NCBI GenBank assembly: GCA_964247055.1
Contig: OZ176051.1
Coordinates: forward strand, 1,302,001-1,366,000
Length of the DNA: 64,000 nt
Reading direction: 5' to 3'
Source of the DNA: Paragordius varius
Lineage: Eukaryota; Animalia; Nematomorpha
The notes under the pieces were generated by a model, which made no database searches, was not told where the DNA came from, and saw only the letters and a list, made by a program, of their open reading frames with translations. Of this stretch, positions 50,915-63,843 are shown piece by piece (positions within the stretch are counted from its first letter, which is position 1; each line of letters begins with the position of its first letter). The position numbers were made by a program, and so were the translations under genes.

Positions 50915-53900
50915 AAAACATCATTTAAGATAAAAAGAAATATTAATAAGCTTAAATACTTTCCTAATATCTAGCTTTTGTCAAATACAAACTGGCGGAC
51001 TTCGAAAAAATCGTTTATTTAATCTTTCCCTGTTTACCGATTAAGAAAAATATAGTTTAACCAATATTTGTAATATATTTGCCAAGTAACTTTTACTCAC
51101 TGTATTCGATTTCACTTTTAATTTCTAGTGGTGAGTTTTTAAAACTAGCACCCCCCATATTACGCAATGTCCCATCTCGTAAACTGTGAGCATATGAATC
51201 AATCATTTCTAAGCTAACATTTTTCGTAATATTTGGATGTGAAATTACACTTTGCGATTCATTGAGTTTTTCCTCGTTTAGCACGGATGATTGATATTCC
51301 GATTGAATATTTTTGCAGTTTAAATGACAGGCAGGGGCGCCATACATGATGGTTTGATAGTCAAAAATCCAAGTTGAATTGCATATTCCTTTAACTTTAC
51401 ATCCATACTCCTGGCATTGGTAATTAGGATTGTATTCTGATTAAATATATTGGAATTCATTATGAATTAATTACAGTAAAAATGTAAATTATACGGACAA
51501 AATGTAAAAATATAAAGACAAATTTTTTTTTAAAAAATCAAGATTAAAAAAGTATGGTTGTTTTTTTTTCAAAAAAATATTTGTCTAATTCGTTTCATAT
51601 AATTTTATTTTTTACTGTTGTTGATAAAAATATGCTTTGCCAGAGTTCCTATATAATAACAATTTGAAAATTATAATTATAGGTTTTTATACATTTACAT
51701 ATAAGTCGAATTAAGCACCAAATAAAAATATAGATTATAATATATTTCAATGCCATCAACACAAATTTATCGTTGATCCTAAAAATAATATTATCAATAT
51801 TTGAGAATTCAGGTTATTCTTTCTTGCAGAGTGCTTAGATGCGACTTAATATACGACAAATTCCATATTTAGACTCTAATCTAAACGAAAATTTATTACG
51901 TTTAATATGATAAACTTATTGTGCAAAGCCTTTCCCATACAAACGACATAAAGATATCTGTTTTTTTAAATAATATTTACATAAAAATACTTAACTTTTA
52001 TTAATTATAATGTTTTCATAATATTACCTTCATACTCATTTTCTTTCTTACAATCCCTTAAGTTGCATGTTTTATAGCGGGTTTTTCGACCAACACAAAA
52101 GCTTCCATCGTTTGTCGGACTTTAATAATTTATTAGATATGATAAAATATAACTTCAGATATACCATTTACAGTTCAAATTCACCCTTAAACAATTCAAA
52201 TTCACCCTTGAATTTAACTTCAAATGTACCATTTACAGTTCAAATTCATTGTAAAATTAAAATTAAAAATTACCTATATTTTTTTTGATTTTTAAAAAAT
52301 GAAATTTCGTTTAAAATTAATATAAATACTAAAAAAATAATAAACTATGCCATAAGATATATTTTTTATTGATAATATAATTTCCCGAAAACACGTAATT
52401 CATTTTTAGGGTGAATTCAAATTGTTCGAGGGTGAATTTGTTTTAAATGGTATTTTACTAATTCTGATTATAGAATAAAGAGCATATCAAAAAAATTGAT
52501 TCTTTATTACATATTGGTTATAAGATAATTTTAATCAAAAACTTTTTACATAAAACTAAATACCTTAATTTGGAAATTATTGTAAAATATAAAATACCAT
52601 ATTAATCAAATTTGAACATATAAATGATAAATAAATTATCATTTGATCAAAACAATTTCATTTATCTAAATTTTCCTAAACCAAAAAAAAAATTACATGG
52701 GATTATCACATGCACGAGCTGATTTGGAAAGACCTATACCGCAAGATTTACTACACGGAGTCCAAGGGCCCCAATGTCCCCAATTTCCTATTTGCTGGAA
52801 AGTTTTATCATTAAGGCGTCTGAGATTCAGAGTTACTGAAATACATTCCTTGTTGTAACACCATTTATTAACTCCACAATAGGTTCCATCCTCAACCATT
52901 TTCAATTTACTGATGCATTTACCATTCACTTTACACCAGAGTGTACCACTGCATATATCCTGTTTTCGTTATCAATCAAAAGTGAGAAAATTTTACAAAA
53001 ACGGTAATATTTCATATTATTTTATGTTTTGTAAAATATTACTGATCATTTTTAACTATAAAAATCACACCGTAAAATTTTTTAGAATACTATAATATAT
53101 TTGATATAAAATTTTAGTGTCTTTTGAAATCTAGTCTTGTTAGTTAGTTATGTATGTATTTGTAAATATTTCATTGTGTTAAAATTAAATTTTGTACAAA
53201 TAAAATATATATTATTGAGTATATCTCTAAAATAAGAGTTATCTAAACAACAAAATTTAAATTAACAGAAAATAAATTACCACCTTTTGGGACAAAAAAA
53301 TCAATTATCATAATAATTATGACCTATGAATTAAATTAATTAAAAATGAAATATGTAAGGCTTATATCTGTGGACGAACTTTGAGTCTATATATTTATAA
53401 AAATGGAAAATGCTGGCTTTGTGATCTGTTTCCGGAAAACCGGTGGACCCATTCAAATCCAAATATCGAAATAATTATTAATGAATGCCCCGACAATGGC
53501 TTCGCCTTTTTTGAATTAGGGCCCCAGTTCGGGTCCACCCCGTGTAAAAAACGGGTTTTTTTTGAAAATCTGTCCTTAAAAATCGTGTATTTGAGACAAT
53601 TTTCCGGAAAACTTGTTGGACTATTTGATTTCAAATATAATTTTTTTTACTTATTTTTGATTGCGCCGAACATAGTCGGCTCGTTTTTTTAATTTAGGCC
53701 GTTTTTTTACCCGCTCCCCCCGTAAAATGCCATTTTTTTTCCACAAAAATAATTTTTTGATTTTATTTTTCGACCAAGGTATGAGACCGTTAAAATTCAA
53801 TAACGCCATGTATTCCCTGTGAAAAGGCAAAAAATTTATTTAAGCTTTTTCTTTCATGATAGCCGCTGGGTAGGAAACTACCTGCGAAAAACTGACCCGT

Positions 53901-56332
53901 CAAATCAAAATAGTGTGCTTTGGGGCTAAATTTCAGAAAACCTATGAGGCCATATGAGTTTAATAGTTGCTTAAAGTATTACCCGTAAAAAGTCAAAAAT
54001 TTTATTCGAGCGGATTTTTCGAATTAGCTGTTAAATAGGTCCTTTGATCTCCAAAATAATGCGCTATCATTGAACTATTATTTATTTTTGAAGCCATTTT
54101 TCCATAAACTATTAGGAATAAATCATGATTCCAGGTATAAAGGCAATTACTAACTACATTTTTATAATGGCCTCTTAGTATGGGGCTACCCGCCTACAAC
54201 TGCGCATCATATCGATACAGCATGCCTTTGACAAATTTCAGAATATGAGACCATCTGAATCATTTTGAAACTTCGTGCCGCATAACATTGCTTATAAAAT
54301 CGAAAATCCCCCCCCCCCCACCCAGAAGTCCGAAGGACTTACTCGGGCTGCGTAGCAGCACGAGATTTACACTAGTATTCATATATATATATATAAATAA
54401 AATTTATATATTTAGTAGGAAATATTAATATATACTTCTATACCGGGACAGTAAGTGGTATTTCGCAGCCCCATGTTTAATTGGCATTGGTGATCTAGGT
54501 TGTATTGTGTTCCCAAAAAATCGGTGGCTATTTTGGCTTGCAAAACTGGATCGTACGGTTTAAAGTGTAAAATAGTAAAGTTTCGATAGGTATTTTGAAA
54601 TATTGAAGGTGTATATATGGAGTCTAGGGTTACATTTTTTATGATATGATTTAAAATTTTTTCTTGTTTCTTCACAGTTTTCAAATGTAGAATTAAATGT
54701 TGGGACAAATTTTGTTCATAAGTCTCTGTGTCGATGACTGTCACGTATTGAGTAAATGGTTCAATGTATAATAACATTGACTCCTTTTCTATAATAGTTT
54801 TTAGTGGATGGGATGACAAATTTTCGCTATTTGTCTTTAAACAATCTGCATTTTGTTTTTGAATGAAACCGGTTAACTCTTGATAACTACAGTTGGACCA
54901 TATAAGATCGGCCTCTAAACTTTGGGGTAACTGAGAATCCATAATGGATGGCAGTTTTTTGGATTCATTATTTTCCTTTTGTTGAATTCGATTATTAACA
55001 TTGTGCCTTAAACAAAATTCCATTGTATCATGTTTCATACCTAATCTAACAACCACAATAGATGGGCAATATACAAATTTCAAAAAAAATAAATTTCAGT
55101 TAAGACCGATAAATGCAAAAACTCATATTTTACAAAAACTTTTGTTTTAGATAAATTATTTTTTGTTAGCAAGTATTAAAACCGCATGTAATATCAATTT
55201 CAAAACCATGAAATAAATCCTATGCTTATAAAATGTTTTTTACCATTCCTAAATACATTTATAGCAAAATAACATCTTAAAAAGATAATCTTTTAGTCAT
55301 TTAGACTGGGATACCTGAAGTAAAATACAGCATTTTTACCCTGTATATATAAAGCTTTAAGTATTTTCTTAAGCATTTTAATAATTTTCTTTTGCTTAAA
55401 AATATTCCCCCAAAATATTTTTTTCCTATCTAAAGTTTAAAATCAAGTAAAAAAGAAGGAATAATGTACAAATGTCCGAGTTCATGTGCAATAGTGAATG
55501 CTGTGCTTAGTCCAGTATCTTCTGCAATAACACAACTTCTGCCATTCTGACATATGGAACCGACTTCGGCCATTCCCAAAGTATTACAAGGCGTGTAATT
55601 CTGAGCGCATAAATCTAATCTGGTAAAAATGATTTATTAAACGAACTTATTTTTTAAAATATAATTGTTCAGTTTATTTACCTCATTTCTAAAAGTTTTA
55701 ATTGCAAAAAAAAATACTTTGTTAGCATGATGGCCACATGATAAGATGAAACCAATTGACTTTCATTGAATAATGTGTATTGCCAAGCACAGAAGCTTTT
55801 TAAGTAATCATCAGCATTGATTGTCATATTAACGGATTTAGGCTTAATTATATACAATTATTGATTATAAAAAAAATTATTAAAAAAATTAAAAAATTTA
55901 AAAATTACAATTGTCTTCAAATGTATCATAGAGTTCCATTCTATGGTGAGAGGAAATCCGAAACTCTCACGTTTAAATATGGAGTTAACCTTAATATATA
56001 AATTATGTTCATTTCATAAAAATATTAATGGGAATAAAAAAAGTTAACCAAAACCAGAATGGATTTAGAAAGGTTATTGTTTATAAAATTAAAAAACGAA
56101 AAATTTACCGGAGTATATGTAGATATTGACTTACCGAATGCATCAAAGTATATATGTAAGCTTCAACATCATAGTTTTTGTAATGCAAAACAAAAGATTG
56201 ATCAGTAAAAACTATGGCTTTAATTATCATCACCTCTAACATTGTGGATGTGATGTGGGACGCTGAATCTTCTGTAATAGAATTTGCATAGATTAGATAA
56301 AAACATTGCAAACTCAAAATCAGAAAATGCAT
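49854..56332 (-). CDS. ADAMTS-family metalloprotease, copy U6, intact, 952 aa
   Basis: Exons 56135-56332, 55909-55989, 55718-55842, 55470-55619, 54436-55045, 52697-52959, 52028-52119, 51101-51436 and 49854-50857 sum to 2859 nt (953 codons including stop). All phases are compatible. The zinc motif is HELGHLLGMKHD. Confidence 0.92.
50859..50914. repeat. (TA)n microsatellite abutting the last-exon splice acceptor of ADAMTS U6
   Basis: About 28 TA units with one G. The other units have 1-5 units here. Confidence 0.95.
52159..52453. mobile_element. MITE family A, ADAMTS intron 6, U6
   Basis: Same family; the left terminus (taccatttacagttcaaattca) is duplicated. Confidence 0.7.
53386..54375 (+). 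mobile_element. Non-autonomous Helitron, U6
   Basis: Same termini and position as in U1 and U5. Confidence 0.85.
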
Positions 56333-56665
56333 TTTTAAATACTTTTAACTTAATGTAAAAGATTTTTTTCTTACAATAGCATAGCACCAAATGTTATTCA
56401 CTAATATGCTGCATTAACTTAATGCTTGCTTTAATAAATGAAACTATTCAATGGCTCATATTTCCATACTTATGCCTATATGAAAAGTACATACTCTATA
56501 TGTATCTACATTCATATACATTGTTGCAAAAGATAATTGTTTATATCAAACACAAACACATTAATTTGAGTGTGGGAAATGGAAGTTAGTATGTTGACTG
56601 TTTTATTCTGAACGCGTTACGTAGTTTGAGTAAATTTACACTTGTTTTGTCGCGTACAATTTGAG

Positions 56666-56928
56666 ATGGAAACAGATAATAATGAAATGGGGAATGAACA
56701 AAAAGGTCCTCCTCCGGTCTTACCTCCCCCATATAAGGAAACCCAAGCTCCAATGTTGGAAAACAATAATGGAGCCATTATATATCCAAATACTACCCAA
56801 TTAATAACGCAAAATCAAACATCGGCTGCTTTTCAGAATGGTTATTTAAAATAAAATAATATTTTTTTGCAGGATACCATCATCATGGCATTCCTCAACC
56901 CGTTTTTTATCCGCCACATCCACCTGTG
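56666..56928 (+). CDS. Partner gene exons 1-2, U6
   Basis: METDNNEMGNEQKGPPPVLPPPYKE... plus cag|GYHHHGIPQPVFYPPHPPV|gt. Confidence 0.6.
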
Positions 56929-59900
56929 GTTATTTTTTTTTATTTTTGAATAAAAAATATATAAAATGTCTTTTTTATATGGTAAAAAGATTGTCCACAA
57001 ATGTTATAACGGTAAATCAACTAAACTAATTATTTCAATTTTATTAATTAATGCATTTGCATACATTTTATTATGTTTGTTTTTGATTCTGGTTGGTTTA
57101 AATAATTTATAACATATACATTTTTCTTTGAAGGTTTTTGGCATTTAAGCATGGCTATTCTAGAACATGAAATATATGTTAACTTAGCTAATGTAAAATA
57201 AAATCAATAAAAAAGTGACGCCTTCGTTCACTATGTTTTTTTGTATTCTAAGGACGATATTCAATATTGCGCAATTATTCTTTTAGTATGGGTCAAACAC
57301 CAGATGTAATTATTAAATTAATTATTTATTATTTTTATCAACATTTTTATAAAACATAAATTTTTTTATAAAAACTCAAATATTTAAAATTGATGTTAAA
57401 GTATTTCCAGAATATTTCCTATAAAGAATGATCAGAAAAAAGATATGAAATTACCCTTTTTTACGCCTAGATATCTTTGAAATATGTATATCATTGGTTA
57501 TTATTTTGTAATGTGTGATTATAATTTTGTAAACGCATAATTTGATTTCTAAAGTTTAACTTTATAAACCTACTAATTTGATTAATATTACTGATTTATA
57601 GAATATCGTGGTCGAGATGATGAGTTTAGAGTTTTTTTGAATTTACAAATTTACTAAAATATGATGAACTTTAGTTTGAATCCCAATAACCAATTATGGC
57701 TTGATAATTTAAAGTAACGACAGCTATTATTGACCATTTTGGTATTTAAATCGTCTAGAAAGGGAATTAATTTTCATGTCTCTCTTTAGCATATAAGATT
57801 TTTTATTTTATTAGTTAAATATTTACCTCTCTAAATATCCGATAATAAGAAATAAGTTATTGAATCATTTATTTTGCCTTTACAAAAAATTTTTTTATGG
57901 CTTTTATTAGATTTGCTATTCAATCATCTCGACTAGGTCACAGAAACGCGAGATGTCGCTTATCATTTTCGCTAAAATAAAACGATTTTTATAAAGTTAA
58001 TATTTAAAATATTTTAACCAATATTGGGAGAAAAATGATACAACACTTTTGAAAACTTGATATAAATTAACGTTCGAACTATAAAATCATCTTTAGGAAA
58101 TAAAAAAAATATTAATATCTTGCATTTCAATTTTGCGTGAATAATTGGTTCCAATAGGCAAAATTTTTTTAAATAATATTTTTTATGAGCATTTTTTTAT
58201 TATTTTGTAGCAACACATTTTGATGGTTGACGCGGTTGCTCAAAGGCCTCCAACCACAACAGTAAGAAATTTTAGTTACCGGGCTCAATATTTAGAAAAA
58301 TCCATAATATTAAATAAGTTACGTGTCACTGAGTTTGAAAAACTCAATAAATGCATATTGTATTGATTGCTTATCTTTGCGTGCCTTATTATTAATTATG
58401 GATAAAAATGATTAAAATAATTTCCGTAAAATTCGAATCGGGTGGCAAAAAAATGTTACACTTATAAGCAAAAGACCTGACTTAAGTGTTTTTTTATCAC
58501 CGATCTAAAGTTGCTCAACTTCCCACGCTTGACTTAGAAGTCAAGTGCCACTTTTTTATCATGCCACCCAATGTATGCACAGTTAAACATTTAGGATGGT
58601 GAAGATAGCGAGGAGCATCTTGACCTGCTAAAATTGCTGGACAAATTTAATAGTGATGAAAAAACAACCACAACAAGTTAGCATACATTTTTTATCCAGA
58701 TAAATTATTTGATAAAATGTTATAAATAAAGGATATGCAAGATAAATTGGTGGAAAAACATTTTAAATTTTGTCAGGAGCAAGAAGATGAAACTGAGCCA
58801 GAAAAGCTAAGAGTTTCCAATGAATCTAAAATTAATAACTTAATGGAGGATTTAGTTAATATTAACAATTCTTTGCATTTATTAAGTGATCAATAAATAT
58901 AATTTACTTTATATACTTTTTTAAATAATTAGCATCAATGTAATAAATTCTAAAATTATTATTGTTATTAGCAAAAACTTATTTGTTAAACTTCTAAAAA
59001 TAGAAAGAATTTAACTTTTGAAATGTTTGCCTCACTATTCTGTTTGTGTGTAAGAGTCCGTCATTGGATTTATGAATCTATAATAATTCAATAAGATACA
59101 TTTGATTGTGCATTCAATAGAATTTCTTTTTGATTACTCAGATCTTGTAAAATATTGTTGGCTATATGACTTGTTTCATGAGAAACTTGTAAAGATTTAT
59201 ACAAAGGCGCATCTGTCCCTACAAGTAACTTATCCAAGTAAAATGAATCGCTGTTTCAATTACATTATGGTTTACAGTTGTATTTTATCACATTATGCGC
59301 AATCGAGCCTTAAGACTTTTATATTTAATATTTAAGATATTCTAAAAAATTATGCATTTTTTGCCTTTAAGACTTATAATTATTTTTTCTTAATTTTATA
59401 AAAATTTTCTTCATCTCAAATCAATTATCAATTAGTGGCTCTGGTTAAACCGCGGTAATAAAAATTTAACAATCCATTTATATTAAATTTTCCGGTTTTT
59501 ATGGTGAAGCAGGCGCTTTTTTAAAATAATATTGTTTTCTGAGAATTTTTTTCCCGATAGAGCTTTGATTAAAACAGACCCATATCTAGACCAATTATAG
59601 TTTTATCCGAATAATTAACATCATATTAAATATTCTTTTCATCTATTAGTTTAATTTTAGATATGTGGCTTTGTCATTTTATTCATGAGTCGAAGGCTAT
59701 GAACAAATCACTTAGAAATTTTATCAATAGAACAGGATGGCATAGAGAAATTTTAGATTATGGCAATGATTGTATTAAAATTCAATATCTATAATCAATA
59801 TATTAACATGCGAAAGGTGGTTACAACGAATGTTTTTTAATATTTTTAACATAATCTACACAGATTGATAAACTTTGCTATTGCTAGATTAGTAAGTTTT

Positions 59901-60070
59901 TTTACCCATAATTAAGGGATATTTGACCTTCCAGATTTAAAAATTTATCAACGGAATGGCGCATATATAAATGAAATGTAAAACTATAACTAAAACAAAT
60001 CTATATGTTTTTTGGTAAATTGTATAAAAATATTATAAAATCTTTTAGATAAATAAGACAGATATTTATA

Positions 60071-60296
60071 CATACCATTTACAATTCAAATATACCCTTA
60101 AACAATTCAAATTCACCCTCAAATAAATTATATGTTTTTTAATATAAAAATTTACCTTATAATTATATTAAAAAATAAACTATGCCACAAAGATATATTT
60201 CATATTAGTTTGACAACACATTTATTTTTAAGATAAATTCGAATTGGAGGGTAAATTTAAATTGTTTAAAGGTGAATTTAAATTGTAAATGGTATA
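60071..60296. mobile_element. MITE family A, partner intron, U6
   Basis: Same family termini and repeats. Confidence 0.7.
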
Positions 60297-60356
60297 ATTT
60301 TAAAAATTTACTGTTAATATATAATTTTATAAGAACGTATTTACTATTTTAGAATT

Positions 60357-60911
60357 ATGAGTTTTAACAATTTAACATTGGTCGCGTTAACTTCAATACC
60401 GTATTGGTATGGGGTAGGGGAGGTGAAATATTGTTTTTATGAAAAAAGACATTACAAATATTCACTTCAACAATATTATTCATGGCGCCCAGATACTTTG
60501 GAATGGGAAAGAATTGTTTTAACCGAAGATCAGCTGACGAAAAAAATTGAACCCTTTTATAGTCATTATATATTACATATAAAATATCCAGAAATTAGAG
60601 AAATCATATACAGTAATAGTTATAAGGAACAAGATTATTCAAATGTTAATGGTAATGATAGGAATAAAGTTGCAAACATCATTAAAGAATATGTTGAAAA
60701 ATACAAAGCCATGCAGAATAATCAATTGAAAACTGCTATAAATTCATTGCCAATCAAATTATTTGAACAGTCTACGGATGTAACCAGAGATCTTACAAAT
60801 GTAGATCTTATCGATGATTCGACTGAAATTTTTTCCAGAAAATTTAACAGTTGGTGGCTTTTTACAGAATGTTATTTCAATAATCCGTTGTATACCATGA
60901 ATATGCATTAA
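60357..60911 (+). CDS. Partner terminal ORF/exon (184 codons), U6
   Basis: Intact ORF homologous to the other copies. Confidence 0.78.
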   Translation: MSFNNLTLVALTSIPYWYGVGEVKYCFYEKRHYKYSLQQYYSWRPDTLEWERIVLTEDQLTKKIEPFYSHYILHIKYPEIREIIYSNSYKEQDYSNVNGNDRNKVANIIKEYVEKYKAMQNNQLKTAINSLPIKLFEQSTDVTRDLTNVDLIDDSTEIFSRKFNSWWLFTECYFNNPLYTMNMH

Positions 60912-60961
60912 AAAATATTTTTAGGATTTTTCAATAAAACAATTACTAAACACAACATTTA

Positions 60962-63843
60962 TTATTTACAAGGGCACGGTCTAGAAACCAAAGGTTTTTG
61001 TTTATATCGAGAACATATGCTATCATCAATTAAATCTTTTAGCGATGGGTCTTGAACACAAAAAACTGACCGATACTGTAATGTTGGGCTTAAATATAGA
61101 GAGAATTCGTTTTTCGAATGGGGTGATGGAAAAATTGTATTAGCGTCCTTTGTTGTTTCGCGGCAGAAACAAGGTTGCCAGTATCCTAACCACCAAAAAG
61201 GAAGACAAGTAAAATTATTGCAGTTTCGGGATAAAGTTGCTTTAGGTTTTGGTTGAGGACAAAGTTTATCGCTTACTTTAAGTCCAGATATGGAATTGGC
61301 ACAAAAATAAGCCTTATTTTATGTGCCACCCCATTTGTTGTTATTAGAATTTTCAAAACTACATTTTTTATTGCATGGACTCCAATCAGTTAATGTCCAG
61401 GCGTATGATGCGTTGGTGGGATCATTGGAATTTAAACTTATGTTTGACTTTACAGATTTGTGATAATAGGTGACAGATATATTGATCGAAACATTTAACT
61501 GAGTAATAAGAACATAAACAATCAGATCTTTTTCGAGTAGACCCACAATGGAAATAAATTCTTGTTGACTTTTTTCAGTTGAGGTATAGTTACAAACTAC
61601 GGCTTTTACAGCTGATGAACTTTTTACCCTATGCACCCCAAACCAGGTGATTGTTAAATTGCCATTAAGCATATATTCGGCATCCTGTGCATAAGTGAGA
61701 GCTAAATAATTAGCATTCTCACTCATTTCTTGAATGGTTATTTGTGTTGCATCTCTTGGAATGGTTGCTACACTCAAATACGAGCTTGCATTGTTCTCCA
61801 AAAAACTATCCTCAACTTGACTCGTGTTAAGAAAAACATAATTTTCCACTTTTTTGCAATTTTTATTGCCTCCATCACAGATGAGACAATTATCTTTCTT
61901 AGCTCGGCTCTCGAGTCGTCGATCGCAAGCTATGGGATGACACCGCCCTTCTATACAAACACCATCTATATATACAAAACAAACGAATCATTTAAGATAA
62001 AAAGAAATATTAATAAGGTTAAAGACTTTCCTAATATCTAGCTTTTGTTAAATAAAACTGGCGGAGTTCAAGATAATCGTTTATTTTACTTATGCTTCGT
62101 TTACCCGATTAAAAAATATATTTTTAACCAATATTTGTAATATATTTGCCAAGTAACTTTTACTTACCGTATTCGATATCATTTTTAATTTCTAGTGGTG
62201 TGTATTCAAATCTAGCACTTCCCATATTACACAAATTCCCATCTCGTAAACTGTGAGCATAGGAATCAATCATTTCTAAGCTAACATTTTTCGTAATATT
62301 TGGATGTGAAATTAAACTTTGTGATTCATTTAGTTTTTCCTCGTTTGGCACGGATGATTGATATTCCGATTGAATATTTTTGCAGTTTAAATGACAGGCA
62401 GGGGCGCCATACATGATGGTTTGATAGTCAAAAATCCAAGTAGAATTGCACATTCCTTTAACTTTACATCCATACTCCTGGCATTGGTAATTAGGATTGT
62501 ATTCAGCTTAAATAGATTTAAATTGATTATGAAATAATTACAGTAAAAATTGGAATTATACGGATAAAATGCAAAAATATAAAGACTTTTTTTTTCAAAA
62601 GACAACCATACTTTTTTAAACCTTAATTTATCCTATAAAAAACATTTAATTACAATCGTAAAATGCATAATTGATTGTGTCACCAATTTACATTTCTATA
62701 ATATACTTTGCAGTTTAAAACGATGAGTTCTATTTAAAAAAATCAAGATTAAAAAGTATGGTTGTCTTTTACAAATAAGTTTTTGTTTAATTTTCACGTT
62801 TTGTCCGTATAATTTCAATTTTTACTGTAAAGCTTTTGATATAAAAATGTTTTGCCAGAGTTCCAATAATAACACTTCTGAAAATTATAATAATGTTTTT
62901 ATACAATTATATATAAGTTAAATTAAGCACCAAATAAGAAAAAATTTTAATATATTTCAATGCCATCAGATACAAATTTATCGTTGACCCTAATATTATT
63001 AATATTTTGAGAATTCAGGTTTTATTTCCTTCTTGCAAAGTTAGATGGCCATAATATACGACAATTCCCCTATTTAGACTCTAATCCGAACGAATATTCA
63101 TTCCTTTTAATATTATTAACTTATGGTGCAAAGCCCTTATACAAACAACATAAAGATATCTGTTTTTTTTTCAATAATATTTACATAAAAAAACTTAACT
63201 TTTACTAATTTTATGTTTGCATAATATTACCTTCATACTCATTTTCTTTCTTACAATCCCTTAAGTTGCACGTTTTATAGCGGGTTTTTCGACCAACACA
63301 AAAGGTCCCGTCGTTTGTCGGACTTTATTATTTATAAGATATTATAACTTCAAATATTATAAATTCTGATCAAAGAATAAAGGTTATATTAAAAAATTGA
63401 TTCTTTATTACACATTGGTTTTAGGATATTTTTAATCGAAATATTCCTTTGTACATTAGAGGCCCTTAATTTGGAAATTATTGTAAAATATAAAAATACC
63501 ATAATTTACAAAATATAAATGATAAATAAATTATCATCAAAACGATTTATCTTTATTTTCCTAAACCATAAATAAATTACATGGGATTATCACATGCCCG
63601 AGTTGATTTGGAAAGACCTATACCGCAAGATTTACTACACGGAGTCCAAGGGCCCCAATGTCCCCAATTTCCTATTTGCTGGAAAGTTTTATCATTAAGT
63701 TGTCTGACAGTCTGAGTTACTGCAATACATTCCTTATTGTAACACCATTTATTAACTCCACAATAGGTGCCATCCTCAACCATTTTCATTTTACTGATGC
63801 ATTTACCATTCACTTTACACCAGAGTGTACCACTACATATATC
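60962..63843 (-). pseudogene. ADAMTS-family metalloprotease, copy U7; only the last four exons are in the window; nonsense mutation
   Basis: Exons 6-9 are recognisable. CAA>TAA at 61319-61321 (WGGT*) in the last exon. Confidence 0.85.

Noticed and set aside
50622-50924. YIYIYI... low-complexity peptides
   Set aside because: Translation of the (TA)n microsatellite; the true exon begins at 50857.
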